From assembly GCA_017409455.1 (NCBI GenBank), contig JAFQSS010000028.1, forward strand, positions 11,007 through 75,006: DNA of 64,000 nucleotides, in the 5' to 3' direction. The translations under genes were made by a program, and so were the position numbers. This document shows positions 1 through 10,280 of this stretch, piece by piece (position 1 is the first letter of the stretch; each line of letters begins with the position of its first letter). This DNA comes from Clostridia bacterium (GTDB taxonomy: Bacteria; Bacillota; Clostridia; TANB77; CAG-508). The notes under the pieces are model-generated. The model searched no databases. It was not told the origin of the DNA and saw only the letters and a list, made by a program, of their open reading frames with translations.

Positions 1-167
1 TTATTCAAAAATATTAGCCCTAATACGATGCTTGTAAAACCTATAACAAATACTACGATTATCTTTCCGGCATCAACGAATTCCATTTCTTTTTCTACAA
101 GTATCTCTGCTATTCCATAACATGTTAATACTATTCCTACTAGTATTACAAATATCCATCTTTTCAT
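1..167 (-). CDS. membrane protein, N-terminal part only (runs off window start)
   Basis: ATG at 167-165; reads MKRWIFVILVGIVLTCYGIAEILVEKEMEFVDAGKIIVVFVIGFTSIVLGLIFLN and stays open to base 1; two hydrophobic segments. Confidence 0.35.
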   Translation of the reverse strand, partial: MKRWIFVILVGIVLTCYGIAEILVEKEMEFVDAGKIIVVFVIGFTSIVLGLIFLN

Positions 168-220
168 TTTTGAGCTAGATTTTAGCCAACTCCATATTCC
201 TTTCACTTTTATCTTCCTCT

Positions 221-1117
221 CTATTTTATAATTTCGATTTCTGGTTCAATTGTTTTTCCAAATTTATTGTATACTTGTTCTTTTGTATATTTCATTAGTT
301 TTATAACATCTTGTGCTGTTGCATTTTCCTTATTTATTATAAATCCTGCATGTTTTTCTGATATTTGGGCTCCACCAATTTGATATCCTTTTAATCCACA
401 ATCATCAATTAATTTTGCAGTTATAAAATCTACTCCTCTTTTAAAAGTACTTCCTGCACTTGGATATTCTATTGGTTGTTTTTGTTTTCTGTACGTTGCA
501 TATTCTGCCATTTTTGATTGAATTTCTTCTGCATTTCCTTTTTCTAATTGCATCTCTACTTCTAATATAATGTGGTCTTGATTTACAAACAAGCTATTTC
601 TATATTCAAATTTTGCATCTTCATTTTGAATTGTATAAATTTTCCCACTTCTATCCATATATGTAATGTTTGTTACAACATCTTTCATTTCTTTTCCATG
701 TGCACCTGCATTCATTCTAATTGCTCCACCTATTGTTCCAGGTATGCCTGATGCAAATTCAAATCCTGCAATTTCTTGTTTTAAGCATTTTTGTGCTATA
801 AACGCAAGCTTTACTCCACTTCCTACTTTTATTTTGGCAGTCTGATTATCTAATTCAAAAGTTGGAATTTCTATTTTTAGTACAATTCCCTTTATTCCTT
901 CATCTGAAACAAGAATATTACTTCCATTCCCTATTATTGTTAATGGCATTTCCTGTTCTTTTGATAATTTCAAAATTGATTTTATTTCCTCTGCAGTTTG
1001 AATTTTTATTAAATATTCTGCTGGGCCACCAATTTTGAATGAAGTATGTTTATTCATTGGTTCATTTATATATATTCTATCTTTTGGAATAAATTGTTCA
1101 ATTTCTTCTATATTCAT
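221..1117 (-). CDS. murB: UDP-N-acetylenolpyruvoylglucosamine reductase
   Basis: 298 aa; FAD-binding N-terminus (FKIGGPAEYL, GNGSNILV) and MurB C-terminal motifs (GSTFKRG, GGAQISEKHAGFIIN). Confidence 0.9.
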   Translation of the reverse strand: MNIEEIEQFIPKDRIYINEPMNKHTSFKIGGPAEYLIKIQTAEEIKSILKLSKEQEMPLTIIGNGSNILVSDEGIKGIVLKIEIPTFELDNQTAKIKVGSGVKLAFIAQKCLKQEIAGFEFASGIPGTIGGAIRMNAGAHGKEMKDVVTNITYMDRSGKIYTIQNEDAKFEYRNSLFVNQDHIILEVEMQLEKGNAEEIQSKMAEYATYRKQKQPIEYPSAGSTFKRGVDFITAKLIDDCGLKGYQIGGAQISEKHAGFIINKENATAQDVIKLMKYTKEQVYNKFGKTIEPEIEIIK

Positions 1118-1298
1118 TTTTTCACTCCTATCTATTCATAATATGACGATAGATTTTATTTTTGCCATTATATCAGGTACATATTATCATTTTTTTCCTA
1201 ATTTTACAAGAATTTTTATTAAATCTCTTTAAAATTTGCAAAACTTATAGTATAATATATTTGTAGTGCTTTACACAAGCAAAAAAGGAGGAATTTAT

Positions 1299-1739
1299 AT
1301 GTGGCAAATTTGGGCAATAGCAGCTGGTGTGTTTTTAATTTTAGAAATTTTCACAATGGGCTTTTTAGTATTTTGGTTAAGTATAGGTTCTCTACTCGCA
1401 ATGCTAGTAAGTTTTATTACAGATAATATAATTATTCAAACAACAATATTTGTAGTTTCATCTGGATTACTTATATTTGCGACAAAACCTCTTGTGAAAA
1501 AATTTACTCAAAAAGATACTACAAAAACTAATGTATATTCACTTGTAGGAAAAAAAGCAATTGTTACTGAAGATATTGACTGGGCCACTGGAAGTGGTCA
1601 AATAAAATTTGAAGGTCAAGTTTGGTCTGCAAGAACAGCAGAACAAGTAAACATTGAAAAAGGAACTGAAGTTGAAATCGAAAAAATCGAAGGTGTAAAA
1701 GCTTTCGTAAAACCACTTAAAGAACACATTCATAATTAG
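1299..1739 (+). CDS. NfeD-family membrane protein
   Basis: AAGGAGG RBS before ATG at 1299; N-terminal TM helices plus a C-terminal OB-like NfeD segment (GQVWSARTAE...VEIEKIEG); sits upstream of an SPFH gene, the classic NfeD-stomatin pairing. Confidence 0.8.
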   Translation: MWQIWAIAAGVFLILEIFTMGFLVFWLSIGSLLAMLVSFITDNIIIQTTIFVVSSGLLIFATKPLVKKFTQKDTTKTNVYSLVGKKAIVTEDIDWATGSGQIKFEGQVWSARTAEQVNIEKGTEVEIEKIEGVKAFVKPLKEHIHN

Positions 1740-1798
1740 TTTTTAATATTTAAAATATAAATTATTTAGGTAAGCCAACTTACCAAAAGGAGGAAAAA

Positions 1799-2698
1799 AT
1801 GACATTTTTAATTGCATTACTTGTTATAATAGTAATTATAGCAATAAAATCAATCAAAGTTGTTAGACAATCTGAGGTGTACATTATAGAAAGATTAGGA
1901 AAATTCCATAAAATAGCAGACGCAGGTCTTACTATAATAATTCCATTCTTCGACCATGTAAGAAGTGTTGTAAGTTTAAAACAACAAACTATGGATATCC
2001 CACCTCAAGGAGTTATTACTAAAGATAATGTTACAATTACAATAGATACAGTTGTATTCTATCAAATCACAGATCCTGCAAAAGCAGTTTATGAAATTCA
2101 AAGTTTGAAAAAAGGTATTGAATATTTAGCTATCACAACAATTCGTGATATTGTTGGTAAAATGGATTTAGACGAAACATTTAGTTCTAGAGATGGAATT
2201 AACTCAAAATTAAGAGTTATTCTAGATGATGCTACAGATAGATGGGGATGTAAAATTGATAGAGTTGAAATTAAAGATATTACACCACCAGCTGATATCA
2301 GAGATGCAATGGAAAAACAAATGAATGCAGAAAGAAATAAAAGAGCTTTAATTCTTGAAGCTGAGGCTCAAAAACAATCTGCTGTTACTATTGCAGAAGG
2401 TAAAAAAGCTGCTGCTATTCTTGAAGCTGAAGCTGATAGAGAAGCTAGAATTCGTAGAGCTGCCGGTGAAGCACAAGCTATAAAATCTGTTGCAGAAGCT
2501 AAAGCAAAAGAAATCGCTATGGTTTATGATGCAATAAAATCTGCTAACCCAGATGACAAACTTGTTCAACTAAAATCTCTTGAAGCTCTTGAAGAAGTTG
2601 CAAAAGGTGAAGCAAATAAAATCTTTATTCCTTTTGAAGCAACAAGTGCATTAAGCAGTTTAGGTGCAGCAAAAGAAATTTTTACAGATAAAAAATAA
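1799..2698 (+). CDS. SPFH/band-7 (stomatin/prohibitin-like) protein
   Basis: 299 aa; N-terminal TM, band-7 core (YIIERLGKF..., DTVVFYQITDP) and an Ala/Glu-rich coiled-coil tail. Confidence 0.9.
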   Translation: MTFLIALLVIIVIIAIKSIKVVRQSEVYIIERLGKFHKIADAGLTIIIPFFDHVRSVVSLKQQTMDIPPQGVITKDNVTITIDTVVFYQITDPAKAVYEIQSLKKGIEYLAITTIRDIVGKMDLDETFSSRDGINSKLRVILDDATDRWGCKIDRVEIKDITPPADIRDAMEKQMNAERNKRALILEAEAQKQSAVTIAEGKKAAAILEAEADREARIRRAAGEAQAIKSVAEAKAKEIAMVYDAIKSANPDDKLVQLKSLEALEEVAKGEANKIFIPFEATSALSSLGAAKEIFTDKK

Positions 2699-2750
2699 TA
2701 AAAAGGGACCAGGTCTTAAATTACGTAAAAAGGGACCGGGTCTTTTTTTA
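2699..2750. repeat. GGGACC-N-GGTC palindromic intergenic repeat, 2 units (type 1)
   Basis: AAAAGGGACCAGGTCTTAAATTACGTAAAAAGGGACCGGGTCTTTTTTT immediately after the SPFH stop codon; same core as 10 other loci. Confidence 0.85.
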
Positions 2751-2834
2751 CACAAATTTCACTTCCAAAATTTGCATTTATTTCTAATATGTGTTATAAT
2801 TATAAAGTACAGTTATAAAAAAGAGGTGAAATAA

Positions 2835-3167
2835 ATGACATTATTAGCAATAATATATGTTTTAATTTTTGTGATATTTGCATTAATAGCATATGCAGTA
2901 ATGCAAATCAAATTAGCTGGAATTGAAGTAAAAGATTTTTGGAGCTTTATAGAAGCAAACCAAATTTTAGATAAATTATATGCATTTTCAAAAAAATACG
3001 AAACACTTACTCCCCAACAAAAAGTTGTATATTTAATGGAAGCAGAAAAAGTTTTTACAGCATTTGATAAAATTCCGAATATTGTTTGGGAAGATGAATT
3101 TAAAAAATATGATGAGGTTTTGAAAAAGTATAAAGAAATAAAAGTTGAAAGGTGGATGTCTAGTTAA
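2835..3167 (+). CDS. hypothetical membrane-anchored protein
   Basis: 110 aa ORF with GAGGTG RBS and one N-terminal TM; no recognisable family. Confidence 0.5.
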   Translation: MTLLAIIYVLIFVIFALIAYAVMQIKLAGIEVKDFWSFIEANQILDKLYAFSKKYETLTPQQKVVYLMEAEKVFTAFDKIPNIVWEDEFKKYDEVLKKYKEIKVERWMSS

Positions 3168-3204
3168 TACATCCATCTATCATTTTTTACGAAAGGAAGA
3201 AATT

Positions 3205-4074
3205 ATGGAAGAAAGATTTAAAATGACAAAAAAAGCTGGAATTTATGGAATCCTTGGAAATATATTCTTATTAATTCTTAAAGCCTTCGTAGGTTTTGTA
3301 AGTAAAAGTCAAGCAATGATAGCTGACAGTATAAATAGCGCCGGAGATATCTTTGCATCTATAATGACTTTTATAGGAAATAAAATTGCAAGTGTTCCAG
3401 GAGACGACACTCATAACTTTGGACACGGAAAAGCTGAATATATTTTTTCATTATTTATAGCAATTTCAATGATGTTTGTATCAATAAAAACATTACTTGA
3501 TGCAGTAGCCACACTATTTACTGGAAATCAAATAATATTTTCTTGGTGGTTAGTTATTGTTTGTATAATCACAATAATAATAAAAGCCATTCTTTTCTTT
3601 TATACAAAAAACATGTATAAAAAATATAATAATATTTTATTAGAAGCAAGTATGGCTGACCATAGAAATGATTGTATTATAACTACATTTACTTTGATAT
3701 CAGTATTACTATCTTTAAAAGGTATAACTTGGTTTGATAGCATAGTTGGTATTGGAATATCAGCATGGATATTTAAAACTGGTATAGAAATTTTTATAGA
3801 AAGTTATAACATCTTAATGGATGTTTCTATTGACGAAAAAACAAAAGATATAATTTTAGATTTGGTGCATGCTTATAAAGAAATAAAAGGAATAAATGAA
3901 TTATCATCTACCCCTGTTGGATATCAATATATTATATTTTTAACAATCGCAGTTGATGGAAATATGACAACCTTTGATAGTCATAAATTAGCAGATGATT
4001 TAGAACAAACTATAATAAAATTAGATAAAATTTATAAAGCAATTGTTCATGTTGAACCATATTTTGGAGATTAA
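3205..4074 (+). CDS. cation diffusion facilitator (CDF) family transporter
   Basis: Start moved to MEERFKMTKK (ATG 3205), downstream of the previous stop; CDF motifs ADSINSAGD and HNFGHGKAEY; six TM helices plus a C-terminal cytoplasmic domain. Confidence 0.85.
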   Translation: MEERFKMTKKAGIYGILGNIFLLILKAFVGFVSKSQAMIADSINSAGDIFASIMTFIGNKIASVPGDDTHNFGHGKAEYIFSLFIAISMMFVSIKTLLDAVATLFTGNQIIFSWWLVIVCIITIIIKAILFFYTKNMYKKYNNILLEASMADHRNDCIITTFTLISVLLSLKGITWFDSIVGIGISAWIFKTGIEIFIESYNILMDVSIDEKTKDIILDLVHAYKEIKGINELSSTPVGYQYIIFLTIAVDGNMTTFDSHKLADDLEQTIIKLDKIYKAIVHVEPYFGD

Positions 4075-4079
4075 GGATT

Positions 4080-6509
4080 TTACCCTAATCTCCATTTTTC
4101 ATTTTTCCTTAAGTTTCCTTCTAATATTTCTTCTGAAATCCTATCTTCTACTAAAGTTTGAATTGCTCTTCTTAACGGTCTAGCTCCAAAGTTTTTATCT
4201 ATTCCTTGCTCTAAAACTTCGTTTAAAACACTATCATCTATTTCTACAATATATTTTTGCTCTTCTAATCTCTTTTGAACTTGTCTTATCATAATCTGAG
4301 CTATTTGTTTAATATTCTCATCATTCAATTTATGGAATACTATTATTTCATCTATTCTATTTACAAACTCTGGTCTTAATTCACGTTTTAGCTCTTTTAT
4401 TACCTCTTTTTTGGTTTCTTCGTATTCCTTGTTTTGCACCTTACTAACCTCATCTTCTCCAACTCCAGTACCAATTCCAAAGCCCAATGATTTTCTTTCA
4501 GTAATATGTCTTGCCCCCAAATTTGATGTCATTATAATAACTGTATTTTTAAAATTCACTTCTCTTCCCTGCGAATCAGTCAAATGCCCATCTTCTAAAA
4601 TTTGTAATAATAAATTTGTTACATCTGGATGTGCTTTTTCAATTTCGTCAAATAAAACAACTGAATATGGTTTTCTTCTGATTTTTTCAGTTAATTGTCC
4701 TCCTCCATCAAATCCTACATACCCTGGTGGAGAACCTATTAACTTTGATACAGAATGGGCTTCCATGTATTCTGACATATCCAATCTTATCATTGCATTT
4801 TCATTATCAAATAATATTTCAGCTAAAGCTTTTGATAGTTCTGTTTTTCCAACACCTGTTGGTCCCAAAAACAAAAATGAACCTATTGGTCTTTTAGGAT
4901 CTTTCAATCCTACTCGTCCCCTTCTAATAGCTTTTGCAACAGCTTCTACAGCTTCATTTTGTCCTATTACTCTTTCATGAAGTTTTTCTTCTAAATTTTT
5001 TAATTTCACATTTTCATCTTCAGTCAATTTTTGAACAGGAATCCCTGTCCATTTAGATATAATCTCTGCTATATTTTCTTCATTTATTTCTGCTACATTT
5101 CTATTTTTTGTTTTTTTCCATTTATCATTTTCTTTTTCCAATCTTTCTTTTATTTCTATTTCTTTATCCCTAAACTGTGCTGCCTTTTCAAATTCTTGAT
5201 TATATATCGCCTCTTCTTTCTCTTTTATTGCAATATCCAATCTCCCTTCAAGTAGTTTTATCTCATTAGGTTCTGTAAACATTTTAATTCTAACTTGCGA
5301 AGCAGCTTCATCTATTAAATCAATTGCTTTATCTGGTAAAAATCTATCTGTAATATATCTTATAGATAAATCTACAGCGGCATTTATAGCCTCATCTGTT
5401 ATTTTAACATCATGATGAGCTTCGTATTTATCTCTTATTCCTTTAATTATTTCAATTGTTTGATTTTGTGTTGGTTCATCCACATCAACTGGACTAAATC
5501 TCCTTTCTAACGCAGAATCTTTTTCTATATATTTTCTATATTCTTCTATTGTAGTTGCCCCTATTAATTGTATTTCTCCTCTTGCTAATAAAGGTTTTAA
5601 AATATTTGCTGCATCTATTGCTCCTTCAGCTGCTCCAGCTCCAACTATTGTATGTATTTCATCTATAAATAATATTATATCTCCAGCTTTTTTAACTTCA
5701 TTTAATGCTTTTTTTATACGTTCTTCAAAATCTCCTCTATATTTAGCACCTGCTACCATTCCTGATATGTCCATACTAACAATTCTTTTTTCTTTTAAAC
5801 TTTGTGGAACTTCTCCATACACGATCTTCTCTGCTAAACCTTCAATAATAGCTGTTTTACCTACACCAGGTTCACCAATCAAACAGGGATTATTTTTTGT
5901 CCTTCTCGAAAGAATTTGGATTATTCTTTCTATTTCTTTTTCTCTTCCTACAATATTGTCAAATTTTCCTTCTTCTGCTTGTATAGTCAAATCTTCTCCA
6001 AACTGATTTAAAGTTGATGTATTGGTTGAACTGCCCCTTACCTTAGGAATATCCTTTCCAATTTCCTTATCAGATTCTTCTTCATTTATCACTTTTGCAA
6101 TTTCATTATATATTTTAGGAATTTCTACATTCAATTCTATTATTACTCGTGTAGCAACACAATCCCCTTCTTTCATAATAGCTAATAATAAATGTTCTGT
6201 TCCTATAAAATTATATCCTATTCTTTTAGCTTCTAAAAAAGCATTTTCTAGTATTTTCTTTGTTCTTGGAGTAAAACCCAAAGATTCTTTTATTTTATCT
6301 CCTTTTCCTAATAATTCTTCTATTTTACTTTTTACTTTTTCTTCAGTTATTCCTTTATTTGTTAAAACTTTTGCAGCAATTCCTTCTCCTTCTTTTACTA
6401 AGCCATACAATATGTGTTCTGTGCCTATATAATTATGACCTAATTCTATTGATATATCATTTGCAATTTCTATAACTTTTTTAGCTTTATTGGTGAATTT
6501 GTATATCAT
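4080..6509 (-). CDS. clpC: ATP-dependent Clp protease ATP-binding subunit ClpC
   Basis: 809 aa; duplicated Clp_N repeats, two AAA+ modules (GEPGVGKT, GPTGVGKT) and a UVR-like linker. Confidence 0.9.
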   Translation of the reverse strand: MIYKFTNKAKKVIEIANDISIELGHNYIGTEHILYGLVKEGEGIAAKVLTNKGITEEKVKSKIEELLGKGDKIKESLGFTPRTKKILENAFLEAKRIGYNFIGTEHLLLAIMKEGDCVATRVIIELNVEIPKIYNEIAKVINEEESDKEIGKDIPKVRGSSTNTSTLNQFGEDLTIQAEEGKFDNIVGREKEIERIIQILSRRTKNNPCLIGEPGVGKTAIIEGLAEKIVYGEVPQSLKEKRIVSMDISGMVAGAKYRGDFEERIKKALNEVKKAGDIILFIDEIHTIVGAGAAEGAIDAANILKPLLARGEIQLIGATTIEEYRKYIEKDSALERRFSPVDVDEPTQNQTIEIIKGIRDKYEAHHDVKITDEAINAAVDLSIRYITDRFLPDKAIDLIDEAASQVRIKMFTEPNEIKLLEGRLDIAIKEKEEAIYNQEFEKAAQFRDKEIEIKERLEKENDKWKKTKNRNVAEINEENIAEIISKWTGIPVQKLTEDENVKLKNLEEKLHERVIGQNEAVEAVAKAIRRGRVGLKDPKRPIGSFLFLGPTGVGKTELSKALAEILFDNENAMIRLDMSEYMEAHSVSKLIGSPPGYVGFDGGGQLTEKIRRKPYSVVLFDEIEKAHPDVTNLLLQILEDGHLTDSQGREVNFKNTVIIMTSNLGARHITERKSLGFGIGTGVGEDEVSKVQNKEYEETKKEVIKELKRELRPEFVNRIDEIIVFHKLNDENIKQIAQIMIRQVQKRLEEQKYIVEIDDSVLNEVLEQGIDKNFGARPLRRAIQTLVEDRISEEILEGNLRKNEKWRLG

Positions 6510-6688
6510 TACTTTTCCTCCTTTAAATTTGGGGATGGTCCTTCTTTTTTAGTCATTTGGGCCATTTTTTCAGCATTGTCTTTTTGCTTTGGAAGTGGTA
6601 TCCAAGCAAAATATGTTGATACAAATTCTCCATATTGTGTTGCGTCTTCTCCTACTTCTGGATGTGTTTGCTTTTGTTCTTTATCCAT
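6509..6688 (-). CDS. small hypothetical protein upstream of clpC
   Basis: ORF whose stop overlaps the clpC start; likely start MDKEQKQ after a GAAAGGTAGG RBS; no family recognised. Confidence 0.35.
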   Translation of the reverse strand: MDKEQKQTHPEVGEDATQYGEFVSTYFAWIPLPKQKDNAEKMAQMTKKEGPSPNLKEEK

Positions 6689-6742
6689 AAAAAGCACCTA
6701 CCTTTCTTATAAGGTATGTGCTTTTTTTTAGTTTTTATTCAT

Positions 6743-6817
6743 TTAATCTTTTATTCCAAATAATAATTTTACTATTCCCCTTAAGCATTTAGGAACTTTT
6801 TTTACAACAATAGTCAT
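6743..6817 (-). CDS. spoVM: stage V sporulation protein M (24-aa amphipathic peptide)
   Basis: AAGGAGG RBS then MTIVVKKVPKCLRGIVKLLFGIKD; resembles B. subtilis SpoVM (MKFYTIKLPKFLGGIVRAMLGSFRKD). Hidden inside the spurious track ORF 6743..6949. Confidence 0.65.
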   Translation of the reverse strand: MTIVVKKVPKCLRGIVKLLFGIKD

Positions 6818-6831
6818 ATGTAGACCTCCTT

Positions 6832-6978
6832 TTAGCAGAGCAACCATAACATACCCACTGATATTACTATTATACCTATTAAAATTAACCACCAAATCGC
6901 TGGTAGGAATAATACTAGTAATATTCCTAATCCAAATCCTACTAAACATACTCCAAATGTCTTTTTTAAGATTTTCAT
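6832..6978 (-). CDS. 48-aa small membrane protein
   Basis: GGAGG RBS then MKILKKTFGVCLVGFGLGILLVLFLPAIWWLILIGIIVISVGMLWLLC; below the ORF-track size cutoff; directly upstream of spoVM. Confidence 0.4.
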   Translation of the reverse strand: MKILKKTFGVCLVGFGLGILLVLFLPAIWWLILIGIIVISVGMLWLLC

Positions 6979-7088
6979 TATGATTTCCTCCAATATTTTT
7001 ATTATATTATATTCTTGGAGATTGATTATGTGAATAAAAAAGAGCCAGATTTCTCTAGCTCTATCATATATTTATATATTTTTAATAA

Positions 7089-7364
7089 TTATCCGTTTAC
7101 TAAATCTTTTAATGCTTTACCAGCTTTGAATACTGGAGCTTTAGATGCAGGTATTTTTATTTCTTCTTTTGTTTGAGGGTTTCTACCTTTTCTAGCAGCT
7201 CTTTTTCTAACTTCGAAAGAACCAAATCCAACTAATTGAACTTTGTCTCCTCCTTTTAATGCATCTGATACAACTTCTGTAAATGCATTAACTAATGCTT
7301 CTGATGCTTTTTTTGATTCTCCTGTTTTTGCAGCGATAGCTGCTACTAATTCAGCTTTGTTCAT
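7089..7364 (-). CDS. hup: DNA-binding protein HU
   Basis: 91 aa; MNKAELV...[20 protein letters not shown]...[16 protein letters not shown] is canonical HU. Confidence 0.95.
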   Translation of the reverse strand: MNKAELVAAIAAKTGESKKASEALVNAFTEVVSDALKGGDKVQLVGFGSFEVRKRAARKGRNPQTKEEIKIPASKAPVFKAGKALKDLVNG

Positions 7365-7484
7365 TATACATTACCTCCTATAAATTTTGTATATGTACTT
7401 ATATTGCAGTTGTGACAATATCTGTACCTCTATTTTATCTTATTCTCCAAAATAAATTAAAATCCCCTCTTTTTTTTGAAAATT

Positions 7485-9095
7485 TTAATATATTTTTAAT
7501 TTTTCTAGAATTTTATATATTTTTTCACCTTTTGGTAACATATATATATCTTCTTTATTATAAATTTTTAATGCTACTACAGATGCTAAATATATTATTA
7601 CGGCTAAGATAATTGAAATTATTGTTGCCTTATTTCCAAAATTTATTCCATTTAATAAAGTATATATTGTATAAGAACATATTCCCATTATCCCAGTTGC
7701 TAATATAGGCTTTAATACAAACTTATTAAATGGCAAATCTAATTTTACATATTTTTTCAAGACATTAAATACAATTATAAATGCAATTAAGTGACACCCT
7801 ATTGATCCTATTGCAGCCCCATATACATTTAATTCTGGTATTGGTAATAATATCAAATTCAAAACTAATTTAACTAAACACCCTATTCCTAATGCAACTG
7901 CTGGCACTATAACTTTTCCAAATCCTTGTAATGCTCCATTTATTGTTTGGTTAAGAATTGAGAATATCACTGAAGCAGCAATCAGCTGTAATAGTAATGC
8001 TCCTTGGGATGCATTTGGATATAGTAAATTTAATATTGGTTGCGCAAATATTATCATTCCCACTACACAAGGTAATCCAATCAACATTGATGTAAGTAAT
8101 GAAAATGAAGTTCTTTTTGTCGCAGTTTCTTTATCATTTGTCGCTTTTGCTGCAGCTATTGCTGGTACTAATGCAGTTGCAAACGCAATATTTATAGCTA
8201 ATGGTAAATTTGTTAATGTATCTATTTTTCCTGCTAATTGTCCATATAATTTTGTAGCCACATCTGCAGATAAATATGTACTTAAAATTCTTTTAACTGT
8301 AAATGAATCTATATTTTTATTAAATGATGTCATTATTGAACTTAATGTTAATGGAATAGATACCATTAATATTTTCTTAATAATTGTTTTCACATTTTCA
8401 TATTTATAATTTGTAGAATTTTCTATTTCATTTCCTATTTCTTTTCTTCTTATTCTATAATATATAAATAAATATATAAAACTTGAAAATGTTGCAAGTG
8501 TTGTTGCTATATTTGCTCCTGCAGCCATCATTTCTGTTGATGTTGAAGTTACAATGGCTACTATTTCGACTATTACAATTGTTAATATTGTTTTAAATAT
8601 TTGCTCTAAAGTTTGTGCCCTTGCTGTTGTTTTTAAACTTCGTCTTCCATTAAAATATCCTCTAAACACTGATGATATTGACACAAAGAAAATTGCTGGC
8701 GATAATGCCACAAGTGTTAATTCTGCTTCTGGAATTTGAATCCAATTATATGCTATTGTATGTGCTCCAAAGAATAGTAACATTGTTCCAACGGCACCTA
8801 TACATCCAAATGTAGCTAACGCTACTTTAAAAATTTTGTTTGCTCCTCTATTGTCACCTAATGCTAATCTTTCTGATACCAACTTAGAGATAGCATTTGG
8901 TACCCCTATTGAAGATATTGTTAACAATAATGCATATATTTGATATCCACTAGCATAAATAGCGTTTCCAGCATCCCCAAAACCTTGTCTATTTGTTAAA
9001 TATAATGTATATATTAATCCTAATATTTTTATTAATACTTGTGAAAACATTACTGTTACTACACCTTGCATGAATGTTTCTTTTTTAGCTGCCAT
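7485..9095 (-). CDS. MOP-superfamily polysaccharide biosynthesis/flippase protein (SpoVB/MurJ-like)
   Basis: 536 aa with about 14 TM helices; N-terminus (GVVTVMFSQVLIKILGLIYTLYLTN) is typical of the SpoVB family. Confidence 0.75.
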   Translation of the reverse strand: MAAKKETFMQGVVTVMFSQVLIKILGLIYTLYLTNRQGFGDAGNAIYASGYQIYALLLTISSIGVPNAISKLVSERLALGDNRGANKIFKVALATFGCIGAVGTMLLFFGAHTIAYNWIQIPEAELTLVALSPAIFFVSISSVFRGYFNGRRSLKTTARAQTLEQIFKTILTIVIVEIVAIVTSTSTEMMAAGANIATTLATFSSFIYLFIYYRIRRKEIGNEIENSTNYKYENVKTIIKKILMVSIPLTLSSIMTSFNKNIDSFTVKRILSTYLSADVATKLYGQLAGKIDTLTNLPLAINIAFATALVPAIAAAKATNDKETATKRTSFSLLTSMLIGLPCVVGMIIFAQPILNLLYPNASQGALLLQLIAASVIFSILNQTINGALQGFGKVIVPAVALGIGCLVKLVLNLILLPIPELNVYGAAIGSIGCHLIAFIIVFNVLKKYVKLDLPFNKFVLKPILATGIMGICSYTIYTLLNGINFGNKATIISIILAVIIYLASVVALKIYNKEDIYMLPKGEKIYKILEKLKIY

Positions 9096-9394
9096 AATTC
9101 CTCCTATGTTTAATTCTATGATAAATATAGTTTTTTATTATAAAGATTTGAGTCAATTATATCCATAAACAGAAAATTTATCAAGAAGTTTTGCCAAATT
9201 TATTGACAAATCTGTATTTTTGTATTAAAATTATGGGGTATTATTATGAAATATGATTTAAATATGAAACTTCTCCCCGGTAGTTTTAGATTTAAATTTC
9301 ATATATATCAAATAAATTTCTATATAAATTGAACCTTAGACACCAATTTATTAGAATTTAGAAAAAATAAAAAAATAGGAGGGTATATATTACC

Positions 9395-9829
9395 ATGAAT
9401 AACGTTACATATAGTGCAAAAAAAGAAACTGTTGAAAGAAAATGGTTAATAATTGATGCAGCTAACAAACCATTAGGTAGAGTTGCTACAGAAGCTGCTA
9501 GATTATTAAGAGGAAAACACAAACCAACTTTCACACCAAATATTGATACAGGAGATAATGTTATAATTATCAATTGTAAAGATGTTGTATTAACAGGAAA
9601 TAAAATTAATTCAAAAATGTACAGACATCATTCAGGTTACATTGGAGGAATGAAAGAAACTCCAGCAGCTGTAATGCTTGAAAAAAATCCAGAAAAAGCT
9701 ATGACATTAGCTATAAAAGGAATGTTACCTCATACTTCTTTAGGAAGAAAAATGGCAACAAAATTAAGAGTATTCGCTGGAAGCGAACATAATCTTCAAG
9801 CACAAAAACCAGAAATCTGGAATTATTAA
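9395..9829 (+). CDS. rplM: 50S ribosomal protein L13
   Basis: 144 aa; [30 protein letters not shown] signature. Confidence 0.95.
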   Translation: MNNVTYSAKKETVERKWLIIDAANKPLGRVATEAARLLRGKHKPTFTPNIDTGDNVIIINCKDVVLTGNKINSKMYRHHSGYIGGMKETPAAVMLEKNPEKAMTLAIKGMLPHTSLGRKMATKLRVFAGSEHNLQAQKPEIWNY

Positions 9830-9847
9830 TAAGGAGGAACTATTATA

Positions 9848-10249
9848 ATGGCTAAGTCAAATAAAATCGTATATTTAGGTACAGGTAGAAGAAAAAGTTC
9901 AGTAGCTAGAGTAAGATTAGTTGAAGGAACAGGAAAAATAACAATCAACGGAAAAGATATTGAAGAAGTTTTCGATTTAGAAACTTTAAAAGTTATTGTT
10001 AGACAACCATTAACATTTACAAATACATTAACAAAATATGATGTAATTTGTTCAGTTTATGGTGGTGGAATTTCTGGTCAAGCTGGAGCTATCAGACATG
10101 GTATTGCTAGAGCTTTAAATGAAGCTAACTCAGAATACAGACCTGCTTTAAAATCAAATGGATTCTTAACAAGAGATCCTCGTATGAAAGAAAGAAAAAA
10201 ATACGGTATGAAAAAAGCTAGAAAAGCACCACAATTCTCAAAAAGATAG
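9848..10249 (+). CDS. rpsI: 30S ribosomal protein S9
   Basis: 133 aa; [12 protein letters not shown]...[19 protein letters not shown]...PQFSKR. Confidence 0.95.
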   Translation: MAKSNKIVYLGTGRRKSSVARVRLVEGTGKITINGKDIEEVFDLETLKVIVRQPLTFTNTLTKYDVICSVYGGGISGQAGAIRHGIARALNEANSEYRPALKSNGFLTRDPRMKERKKYGMKKARKAPQFSKR

Positions 10250-10280
10250 AATTTGGAATTATATTAAAAAAGCACTATTT

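Noticed and set aside
1035-1232. 65-aa plus-strand ORF overlapping the murB 5' end
   Set aside because: Overlaps the murB start on the opposite strand; hydrophobic low-complexity; no RBS.
4411-6432. Plus-strand track ORFs 4411..4980, 5031..5255, 5767..6006 and 6022..6432, antisense to clpC
   Set aside because: Low-complexity shadow ORFs entirely inside a well-supported 809-aa ClpC gene; no RBS; typical AT-rich antisense frames. The same reasoning applies to other antisense ORFs: 26840..27364, 27651..28253, 21364..22925, 43136..44527, 48270..48725, 49933..50550, 55637..56245 and 56249..57256.
6743-6949. 68-aa track ORF
   Set aside because: No RBS at its start. It is an artefact of reading through two separately initiated small genes, the 48-aa membrane peptide and spoVM.
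9358-9573. 71-aa minus-strand ORF overlapping the rplM 5' end
   Set aside because: Antisense to a canonical ribosomal protein gene and its leader; hydrophobic low-complexity translation.
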